A stretch of DNA of 32,000 bases, from the NCBI RefSeq assembly GCF_000007145.1, contig NC_003902.1, positions 2,156,497-2,188,496 of the forward strand. Reading direction: 5' to 3'. The position numbers and the translations under genes were made by a program. The notes under the pieces are model-generated. The model was not told the DNA's origin and searched no databases. It saw only the letters and a list, made by a program, of their open reading frames with translations. Shown one piece after another: positions 20,115 to 27,278 of the stretch; position 1 is the first letter of the stretch, and the number at the start of each line of letters is the position of its first letter. The DNA is from Xanthomonas campestris pv. campestris str. ATCC 33913 (GTDB taxonomy: Bacteria > Pseudomonadota > Gammaproteobacteria > Xanthomonadales > Xanthomonadaceae).

Positions 20115-20707
20115 TCGAACAACTCCACGCCACCGGTGACCGGGGCTTTGGACAGACGGGCGCGCACGGCCGATTCGGCGGCGGCGACTTCGGCTTCGTG
20201 TGCGTGCGGCAGACGCTGCACTACAACGCGGCCAGTCGTCGGGAAGAACCACACCTTGCGCGGATGGATGCCGCACAGATCTTCGGCAATGATGGGAATG
20301 TGCTCGGCCTGCAGGTACTGGCGGACGAACTCGGCGTTGCGCGTGCCCACCGGGTTGCTGGTGAAGCCCTTGAGCACGTTAGCGCCACCGAAGACCTTGG
20401 CCTCGATACGCTTACGGTGTGCGCCGCGCTTGAGCATGTCGTTGATCAGCAACTCCATCGCATAACTGCCATAGCGCGCGGGTGCGCCATCCCCGACCTG
20501 ACCTTCCGGCAGCAGGAAGTGGTTCATGCCGCCGATCTTCAGCACCGGGTCGCGAAGACAGGCCGCAACGCACGATCCCAAGGTGGTCGTCAACGCGGTG
20601 TCGTCATCGACCACCAGGTACTGGGTGGGCAGCAGCTTGGCGGCGATGGTCTGGAACCTCGAATCGCGGTAGCGCATGACATCGTCGACTTGCACGGCGG
20701 TGCTCAT
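20111..20707 (-). CDS. cheD: Chemoreceptor glutamine deamidase CheD
   Basis: Last 198 aa of ORF 20111..21343, starting at ATG 20707. CheD signature [10 protein letters not shown]...[13 protein letters not shown] overlap with the cheR stop. Confidence 0.9.
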
Positions 20708-21573
20708 GATCCGGCTCCTGCGCGCGGGGCGCGCCGATACAGCGTGCGCCCGCACGGCTGGATCAGGTCGGCCGCATGCAGGTAATTCTCCGAATGTCCG
20801 GTGTAGAGCAAGCCGTCGTCGCCCATGTGGGTGACCAGGCGTGACAGGATGCCGCGTTGGGTGGGCTTGTCGAAATAGATCATCACGTTGCGGCAGAACA
20901 GCGCCGCGTAGGGGCCGCCAACGTCGTAGCGCGAGGACAACAGGTTCAACTGGCGGTATTCGATCAACTGGCGCAGTGCGGGAATGACCCGGCACTTGCC
21001 TTCGTTGGGGCCGCTGCCGCGCTGGAAATACTTGCGCTTGATCGCCGCATCCAGCGAGGCCACGCGGTCGATGGCGTAGACGCCGCGCGAGGCAGTTTCC
21101 AGCACCTGCGTGTCGACGTCGGTGGCGACGATGCTCACCGGCGGGGTGAGCGTGCCGAAGGCTTCGCAGGCGGTGATGGCGATGGAGTAGGGCTCCTCGC
21201 CGGTGGAGGCGGCGCATGACCAGATCTTCAGCGGTGCCTGCGAGGCACGCTTCTGCAGTTCTTCGCGCAGCTTGTCGAAGTGGTGCGGCTCGCGGAAGAA
21301 CGAGGTGAGGTTGGTGGTCAGCGCATTGGTGAACGCCTGCCATTCTTCATCGTCGTTGCCGGATTCGAGCTGGTCCAGGTAGTCGCGGAACGAGCGCAGG
21401 CCGAGCACGCGCAAACGGCGCGACAGCCGGCCATAGACCATGTCGCGTTTGGCGGGAGCCAGGGCGATGCCGACCCGCTGGTAGATCAGGTCGCAGACGC
21501 GCTTGAAATCGCGGTCGCCAAAGTCGAACTCGCGTGTGTCTGATGCGGGAGTGGAGGTCGTCGTCATATCCAT
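20704..21573 (-). CDS. cheR: Chemotaxis protein methyltransferase CheR
   Basis: 289 aa. N-terminal helical domain plus SAM-dependent methyltransferase domain ([17 protein letters not shown]). ATG 21567 is an alternative start. Confidence 0.93.
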   Translation of the reverse strand: MDMTTTSTPASDTREFDFGDRDFKRVCDLIYQRVGIALAPAKRDMVYGRLSRRLRVLGLRSFRDYLDQLESGNDDEEWQAFTNALTTNLTSFFREPHHFDKLREELQKRASQAPLKIWSCAASTGEEPYSIAITACEAFGTLTPPVSIVATDVDTQVLETASRGVYAIDRVASLDAAIKRKYFQRGSGPNEGKCRVIPALRQLIEYRQLNLLSSRYDVGGPYAALFCRNVMIYFDKPTQRGILSRLVTHMGDDGLLYTGHSENYLHAADLIQPCGRTLYRRAPRAGAGS

Positions 21574-21595
21574 ACGCGTGGTGAGCTATAACCAG

Positions 21596-21622
21596 GTATC
21601 GGCCACGTTGGCATGCAACTGA
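21596..21622 (-). promoter_or_regulatory. Putative sigma-28 (FliA) promoter of the cheR-cheD-cheB-GGDEF/EAL operon
   Basis: Minus strand: TCAG-N15-GCCGATAC (consensus TAAA-N15-GCCGATAA). It lies 23 nt upstream of cheR and downstream of the MCP terminator. Confidence 0.45.
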
Positions 21623-21723
21623 AGCGCCATTTGCAGCGGGTGCATCCGCGACGACGGGCGGTCGCACTGCAGGGGGGCTGCACACACCACTGTGCCTTCG
21701 GCAGCGTGCCGTGCCCCAAATGC

Positions 21724-21751
21724 ACAACGCCCCGGGAGACCGGGGCGTTGT
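21724..21751 (-). terminator. Intrinsic terminator of the upstream MCP gene
   Basis: CAACGCCCCGG-GAGA-CCGGGGCGTTG (11-bp stem). On the minus strand it is followed by TGCATTTGG, a weak U-tract. 17 nt after the MCP stop. Confidence 0.6.
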
Positions 21752-21767
21752 TGGGTCAATCTACACC

Positions 21768-24134
21768 TCAGAACTCTTGCCAGTTTCCATCCGCCAGGGC
21801 GGTTTCGGATTTGGCCGGACGAGCGGGAGCTGCAGCGCTGCGTACCGGCTTGGCAGCCGTCTTCACCGCGACCGGGCGTGAGGCTGCCGGGCGGGCGTGG
21901 ACGGGTGCTGCAGGCGCGTCCAGCTTGAACACCGACACCGCTTCGGCCAGGTGGCCGGCCTGTTCTTCCATCGAGCGGGCGGCAGCAGTGGCTTCTTCCA
22001 CCAACGCGGCGTTTTGCTGGGTGGTTTCGTCCATCTGGGTGATGGTCTGGTTGACCTGCTCGATGCCTGCGGACTGCTCCTGCGAGGCGGCGGAGATCTC
22101 ACCCATGATGTCGGTGACGCGCTGCACGCTGGCGACGATTTCGGCCATGGTGCTGCCGGCCTTGCGCACCAGCGCCGAGCCTTCGGCCACCTTGTGCACG
22201 GAGTCGTCGATCAGGCCCTTGATTTCCTTGGCGGCACCGGCCGAACGCTGTGCCAGCGTGCGTACTTCCGAAGCCACCACCGCAAAGCCGCGGCCCTGTT
22301 CGCCGGCACGTGCGGCTTCCACCGCTGCGTTCAAGGCCAGGATATTGGTCTGGAACGCGATGCCGTCGATGACCGAGATGATGTCGGCGATCTTCTTGGA
22401 CGAGGCTTCGATGCCGGACATGGTGTTGACCACCTGCGACACCACTTCGCCACCTTGCGAGGCGACGCCGGTTGCACCGATCGCCAGCTGGTTGGCCTGG
22501 CGGGCGCTCTCGGCGTTCTGACGCACGGTGGAGGTGAGTTCCTCCATCGAAGCGGCTGTTTCTTCCAGGTTGGCGGCCTGCTGCTCGGTGCGCTGCGACA
22601 GGTCCTGGTTGCCGGAGGCAATTTCGCCGGCCGAGGCATTGATTGCCGTCGACGAGAGCTTGATGCGGCCCACGATGTCGGCCAGCTGCGTGGCAGTGGC
22701 ATTGGCATCGTCACGCATCTGCGCAAACACGCCCTTGAACTCGCCCTGCATACGCACGGTGAGGTCGCCCCGCGACAGCGCCGAGAGCAATGCCGAGATC
22801 TGCTCGATGCTGGCGGCGTTGGCGTCCAGCAAGCCGTTGAGCTGCTGGGCCAGCTGCAGGAAGAAGCCCTGCTTGCCGTCGGTATCGACGCGGCCGGTCA
22901 TGTCACCAGCAGCGGCGGCGCGCACGATGCGGGCCACTTCGTCTTCGACCTGGACTTCGATGGTGCGGTCGCGCCATTCGCAGACATCGCCCACCCACTG
23001 GCCATCTTCGTCCTGGATGGTGGTGACGGTCTGGGCGAACACCGCTTCGCCGAAGCGTTCTTCGAAGGTGGTGGTGCCGTCGCGATCCAGCGCGGCCATG
23101 GCCTTGCGCAGCGTGGCGTCGGACAGGCCGAGGTAGCTCACGTGCTGGCCGATGACCTTGGACGCGTCGAAGTCGCTGGAAGCCAGACGGATGCTGCCTT
23201 CGTAATGCGCCACGGTCTTCTTGAACGAGTCGTTGGCGTAGATCAGCTTGCGCTCGGTATCGGTGATGAACAGCCCGGTGGAGGACTTGTCCAGTGCGAT
23301 ACGGATGCGCAGGTTTTCGTTGGCTACTTGCTGGTCGCGTTCGATGCGCTCACGCAGGTCACGCTGCATGCGCTGCATGGCGCGCATCAGCTCGCCCACT
23401 TCGTCCTGGCCCTGCACATTGATCTGGCCATCGAGCTTGCCGCCGGCAATTTCGGAGGCAGTGGCCACGGCGCCGCGCATGCTGCGCACGATGGCGCGGG
23501 CAAACAGGAACGCCAGACCCAGGCCGCCGGAAACGCCGATCAGCACCACCAGCACGGTCAGGGTGACCGAGGTGGCATGCACCGATTCGGCCTTGGCCTT
23601 GGCAGCCTGCGCCAGGCGGTTGTCTTCGGCGATCAACGCGGCCAGTGAATCCTTGGCCTTGTTGTGCAACGTGCGCGTTTCACCCACGAAGGTGTCCACG
23701 GCATCGTCGGGGAGATTGAGTTCGAGCATTTCATCGACACTGGCGTAAGAGGCCGAGGCCTTCTTCCAGTCCGCCACGAAGGTGTCGAACAGCTTCTTCT
23801 GTTCGGGGCTCTCGATCAGGCGTGGGTAGTCCTTGATCACACCGTCGATGTCTTTGCGCAGCTTGCCAACGTTGGCCTTGGCTTCCTGCTTGACCGAATC
23901 GCTGGCGCGCACCAGGCTCTGATAGGACGAGTTGCGGAACTCGCCGAGCATGCCGCGCAGATCGCCGGCTTCGCGCACGCTGGACATGGTGTTGCCTGCC
24001 AGCCCGCTGGTGACGTCGTTGAGCGAGGCCAGGCCCGAGTAGGCGATGATCCCCTGAATAAGCATGATCAGCAGCACGATGCCGAACGCCAGCATCAGGC
24101 GCGGCATCAGTTTCAGATTGTTGATCCATTGCAT
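21768..24134 (-). CDS. Methyl-accepting chemotaxis protein (4-helix-bundle sensor, HAMP, PAS, MA domain)
   Basis: ORF to 24140 (GTG). ATG 24134 is preferred because GGGGGA lies 9 nt upstream. Two TM segments flank a ~190-aa periplasmic region. It has a HAMP and a PAS-like segment ([17 protein letters not shown]) and the conserved signalling hairpin ([21 protein letters not shown]). C-terminus is GNWQEF. Confidence 0.93.
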   Translation of the reverse strand: MQWINNLKLMPRLMLAFGIVLLIMLIQGIIAYSGLASLNDVTSGLAGNTMSSVREAGDLRGMLGEFRNSSYQSLVRASDSVKQEAKANVGKLRKDIDGVIKDYPRLIESPEQKKLFDTFVADWKKASASYASVDEMLELNLPDDAVDTFVGETRTLHNKAKDSLAALIAEDNRLAQAAKAKAESVHATSVTLTVLVVLIGVSGGLGLAFLFARAIVRSMRGAVATASEIAGGKLDGQINVQGQDEVGELMRAMQRMQRDLRERIERDQQVANENLRIRIALDKSSTGLFITDTERKLIYANDSFKKTVAHYEGSIRLASSDFDASKVIGQHVSYLGLSDATLRKAMAALDRDGTTTFEERFGEAVFAQTVTTIQDEDGQWVGDVCEWRDRTIEVQVEDEVARIVRAAAAGDMTGRVDTDGKQGFFLQLAQQLNGLLDANAASIEQISALLSALSRGDLTVRMQGEFKGVFAQMRDDANATATQLADIVGRIKLSSTAINASAGEIASGNQDLSQRTEQQAANLEETAASMEELTSTVRQNAESARQANQLAIGATGVASQGGEVVSQVVNTMSGIEASSKKIADIISVIDGIAFQTNILALNAAVEAARAGEQGRGFAVVASEVRTLAQRSAGAAKEIKGLIDDSVHKVAEGSALVRKAGSTMAEIVASVQRVTDIMGEISAASQEQSAGIEQVNQTITQMDETTQQNAALVEEATAAARSMEEQAGHLAEAVSVFKLDAPAAPVHARPAASRPVAVKTAAKPVRSAAAPARPAKSETALADGNWQEF

Positions 24135-24177
24135 TGACACGATTCCCCCGTAGAAGTCAGTCCGCGTAACCGCTTAC

Positions 24178-24213
24178 AGCACAACGCCACGTCCTGGGAC
24201 GTGGCGTTGTGCT
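24178..24213 (-). terminator. Long perfect hairpin without U-tract between the 127-aa gene and the MCP gene
   Basis: AGCACAACGCCACGTCC (24178..24194) and GGACGTGGCGTTGTGCT (24197..24213) are 17-nt perfect arms, 6 nt after the stop at 24220. No T-run on either strand. It is likely a partial terminator or an RNA-stability element. Confidence 0.4.
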
Positions 24214-24219
24214 CTGCAA

Positions 24220-24603
24220 TTACTTGATGGTCGCAAGCTTCAGGCTGGCCGGCGAGCTGACTTCGATTTCGGCACGCGAGCTGTCGCGCTGAATCTTGCC
24301 GAGGACGCAGACGTCCTTTCCTTCCAGCGTTTCCGGGGCGAAGCTGAACTTGCCGCGGTTGGCGCCGTCGATGCGGGCCGAGAAGGTGTGGCGCGGGAAC
24401 ATGCCGCCCATGTAAAGGAAGGTCGGCTCACCCTCCGAGCTCTGCGCGTACTTGGCCTTTTCGACCTTGCCGCACACCATGCCGTCCTTGCCGACGAAGC
24501 GGGTCGCCATTTCCGGCGGAATCATTTCCTGCGATTGAGCCGACAGCGTGGGGGCAACGATCACGAGAGCAGCAACGGGGAGGAGCGAGAGCAGGAACTT
24601 CAT
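24220..24603 (-). CDS. Hypothetical exported protein (127 aa)
   Basis: ATG 24603 follows GGAG at 7 nt. Sec signal peptide (MKFLLSLLPVAALVIVAPTLSA-QS). GC3-rich codons. Has its own sigma-28-type promoter. No family recognised. Confidence 0.7.
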   Translation of the reverse strand: MKFLLSLLPVAALVIVAPTLSAQSQEMIPPEMATRFVGKDGMVCGKVEKAKYAQSSEGEPTFLYMGGMFPRHTFSARIDGANRGKFSFAPETLEGKDVCVLGKIQRDSSRAEIEVSSPASLKLATIK

Positions 24604-24665
24604 AGAGATTCTCCAGAATCAAAAGTCGAACGGTGACCCGTTTAGGTGCGCGGGCTTCTATTCAG

Positions 24666-24692
24666 CTATCGGCTAGCTGCCGTTCAACTTGA
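24666..24692 (-). promoter_or_regulatory. Putative sigma-28 (FliA) promoter of the 127-aa gene
   Basis: Minus strand: TCAAGTTG...GCCGATAG, that is TCAA-N15-GCCGATAG. It lies 63 nt upstream of the ATG. Confidence 0.6.
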
Positions 24693-24917
24693 ATCGGAAA
24701 AACGTGATTTACATCTCACTTCATTATCGTTGTGCGTCTCGTGTCAGGAGCTTCCCGACACCAGATGGCATTACGCCCAGCGCTTGGGCTCGCCACAACG
24801 GCGAAGCGGCCGTCGATGGGCGTGGGCAGCGCCCAGATCGCCTGGGCCGAAGCCGTCGCGATCCTGCACTGCACACCCACCGACGACCGCTTGCGCCGGC
24901 CAGCTGGCCTGTGGAAC

Positions 24918-25403
24918 TCAGGCGGCTTCTTCGGCCAATTGCTGCTGGCCGAGCTCGGTGCTGTCGAGCAGGGTTTCGATATCCAGCAGGATCAGCATGC
25001 GATCGTCCTGGGTGCCGATGCCGGAGATGAAGCGGGTATCGACGGCAGCGCCGAATTCCGGGGTGGGGCGGATCTGGTCGTCGTTGAGCGGGATCACGTC
25101 CGAGACGCTGTCGACGACGATGCCGACCACGCGGTCTTCGACGTTGAGCACGATCATCACGGTGAAGGCGTCGTAGCGCGCTTCTTTCAGGCGCAGCTTC
25201 AGGCGCAGGTCGATCACCGGCACGATGGTGCCGCGCAGGTTGATCACACCCTTGATGTAGTCGGGCGCGTCCGGCAGACGGGTCACCGAGTCATAGCCGC
25301 GGATTTCCTGCACTTTCAGGATGTCCACGCCGTAGTGCTCTTCGCCCAGGGCGAAGCTGAGGAATTCACCACCGGTGCCGGTGGCAGTGCTTTTGTCGTT
25401 CAT
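24918..25403 (-). CDS. cheW: Chemotaxis coupling protein CheW
   Basis: 161 aa. CheW fold sequence (FLSFALGEEHYGVDILKVQEIRGY, GVINLRGTIVPVIDLR). GGAG RBS. Confidence 0.95.
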   Translation of the reverse strand: MNDKSTATGTGGEFLSFALGEEHYGVDILKVQEIRGYDSVTRLPDAPDYIKGVINLRGTIVPVIDLRLKLRLKEARYDAFTVMIVLNVEDRVVGIVVDSVSDVIPLNDDQIRPTPEFGAAVDTRFISGIGTQDDRMLILLDIETLLDSTELGQQQLAEEAA

Positions 25404-25458
25404 GGAAACTCCGGGCGTTGCGGCTAATGTCGGATTGCGGCAGAGGCTTACCCTTGCA

Positions 25459-25485
25459 ACATCGGCGCCTGCGGCGGCAACTTTA
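25459..25485 (-). promoter_or_regulatory. Putative sigma-28 (FliA) promoter of cheW
   Basis: Minus strand: TAAAGTTG...GCCGATGT, that is TAAA-N15-GCCGATGT. Near-consensus. It lies 56 nt upstream of the ATG. Confidence 0.65.
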
Positions 25486-25514
25486 GGTGCAGGGGGGCGG
25501 TGGTGCGGGAGGGT

Positions 25515-26312
25515 TCAGAACACGCCGCTCTTGCGCGCATTGCGCTGGCGGTCGACCCGGAAGATGTAGCGCTGGATGGTTTCGTCCGCGCCACGCGGCA
25601 GGTCGCTGAATTGCATGCCCACCCGGAAGCCTTCGCTGCCGTTGGGCAAGGTCATCTTGTACTGGCTGCACACGGTGAGCGGCAGCGCGATGGGCGCGGA
25701 ATCGGGCAGCTGCAGGGTGCAGTCGCGGTAGGTGTGTTGCGGATCGAGCAGCGGCATGCCGGTGGTCAGTGACACCGCAAGGCCGCCGCTGCTGATGTCG
25801 ATCACCCGCAGCTGCAGGTTGAGATTGCCGCCGCTGGCGGCATCCTGGCGGATGGTGCAGGTGGGTGAATCGGTGATGGGTGTTTCCAGCCGGTACGATT
25901 CGCGGCGCTGCAGGTGATAGAGCGAATCGGGCAGGGTGGCGCGGAAAGCAACGTGGATGTCGCGTTCCAGCCGCTCCGGCGTTTCCAGACGAAAGCGGAT
26001 GTTGACCCGTTCCAGCTGCGCGTAACAGAGCAGGTACTTGGCCTGTTCGATGGCTCGGTTGGAGGCGTCGTTATGGCTGCCGTCCAGGATCACGCAGTCG
26101 TCGTCTTCGTCCACTTCCAGCACGGCGGTGGGCACGGCCATGTCGCGGCCGGCCACATGCATGGTCACCACGGCACGCTGGTCGATCAGTTGTTGCAGCA
26201 GGCCACGGATCTGCCGCTTGTTGCGCAGCAGATAGCGCTCGTCACCTTCGGCGAGGTGATCGGCGTCGTGGTCGAGCTCTGAGGTATCGCCTTCGGACAT
26301 GGGCACAAGCAC
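25515..26312 (-). CDS. YcgR-like PilZ-domain c-di-GMP-binding protein (putative flagellar brake)
   Basis: 265 aa from GTG 26312 (ATG 26300 is an alternative). YcgR-type N-terminal domain plus PilZ with both c-di-GMP motifs: RxxxR (QRRESYR) and D/NxSxxG (DISSGGLAV). Confidence 0.85.
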   Translation of the reverse strand: MLVPMSEGDTSELDHDADHLAEGDERYLLRNKRQIRGLLQQLIDQRAVVTMHVAGRDMAVPTAVLEVDEDDDCVILDGSHNDASNRAIEQAKYLLCYAQLERVNIRFRLETPERLERDIHVAFRATLPDSLYHLQRRESYRLETPITDSPTCTIRQDAASGGNLNLQLRVIDISSGGLAVSLTTGMPLLDPQHTYRDCTLQLPDSAPIALPLTVCSQYKMTLPNGSEGFRVGMQFSDLPRGADETIQRYIFRVDRQRNARKSGVF

Positions 26313-26358
26313 AGTGGTAGCGGGAAGACGCCCGGAGGGTTGTCCCGGCGTCGCCTTG

Positions 26359-26384
26359 ATATCGGCGGCAAAGCGAAATCTTTA
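26359..26384 (-). promoter_or_regulatory. Putative sigma-28 (FliA) promoter of the YcgR-like gene
   Basis: Minus strand: TAAA-N14-GCCGATAT, 47-59 nt upstream of the candidate starts. The spacer is 1 nt shorter than consensus. Confidence 0.5.
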
Positions 26385-26652
26385 AGCGCCGCCGACAAAC
26401 GCGTCTGCCTGTCGCTGGTAAGGATCAGTCGCGATGGTGGATGCGCGGAGCTTTCAACGCAGCAACCAGCGCGGTTCTGGCGTGATGTGTTCGTTCTTCG
26501 GCAAGGCAATCAGTCACCTGCCTGGTGCGGTGTCCTTGCCGATTGCGGGATCGTTGGGGGTATGGATGCCGCCACCGAGCCATCATGGATGGGTTCGCGA
26601 CGTGTTCCGCGCGGCGATGGCGCCGCGCCCTCGACGCTGCAAGTGTGCTGCA

Positions 26653-26760
26653 GGGTCCTTGTCCGCCCACCATCGCAGGACACGCTGCAAGTACGTCCCT
26701 GTAAGCTCCGTGGCGGCATCCATGCCGCCAAGGGTCCTGCGACGGTAAGCGGGCAAGGAC
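26653..26760. repeat. X1 long-hairpin repeat
   Basis: 28-nt arms at 26653..26680 and 26733..26760 (24/28 complementary) flank the central hairpin GGCGGCA-TCCA-TGCCGCC (26711..26728). Confidence 0.85.
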
Positions 26761-26898
26761 CAGTCGAGATGGTCGGTGCGCAGAGTCTGAGCAGAGCGGT
26801 TGACAACTGTGCGGCCCGGTTTGCTCGCTCTTCAACACACCACCAGCGAACTATCTGGTGCGGGCACCGCGCACTCGACTTCCTCGCGTTTTGCTGCA

Positions 26899-27006
26899 GG
26901 GCCCTTGCCCGCCCACCATCGCAGGACACGCTGCAAGTACGTCCATGTAAGCTCCGTGGCGGCATCCATGCCGCCAAGGGTCCTGCGACGGTGAGCGGAC
27001 AAGGAC
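26899..27006. repeat. X2 long-hairpin repeat
   Basis: 28-nt arms at 26899..26926 and 26979..27006 flank a central hairpin (26957..26974). About 90% identical to X1. Confidence 0.85.
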
Positions 27007-27106
27007 CAGTCGAGATGGTCGGTGCGCAGAGTCTCAACAGAGCAGTTGGCAAATGTGCGGCCCGGTTTGCTCGCTCTTCAACAAACCATCAGCGAACTAT
27101 CTGGTG

Positions 27107-27204
27107 CGGTGTCCTCGCCGATTGCGGGACCGTTGGCGGCATGGATGCCGCCATCGAGCCCCCATGGATGGGTGCACGGCGTGTCCTGCGAGCGGCGAGG
27201 GCAC
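27107..27204. repeat. Y2 long-hairpin repeat (inverted relative to X)
   Basis: 23-nt arms at 27107..27129 and 27182..27204 (19/23 complementary) flank the central GGCGGCATGGATGCCGCC (27134..27151). That central sequence is the reverse complement of the X core. Confidence 0.8.
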
Positions 27205-27278
27205 CGCGCACTCGACGCTGCAAGTGTGCGGCGGGGCTCTTGCCAGTCAACCCTCGCGGGAAGCGCTGTAAATACGTC

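Noticed and set aside
20708-21343. N-terminal 212-aa extension of the cheD ORF. Similar 5' extensions occur on the rpfF, rpfB, cheB, rpfG and MCP ORFs
   Set aside because: The cheD extension overlaps cheR in another frame. In each case homology begins at an internal ATG that has an RBS or an ATGA overlap.
26510-27052. 180-aa minus-strand ORF with an internally duplicated peptide (LLRLCAPTISTGPCPLTVAGPLAAWMPPRSL twice)
   Set aside because: The duplication only mirrors the 246-bp DNA repeat. There is no RBS or start context, and the long-hairpin structure argues for a non-coding element.
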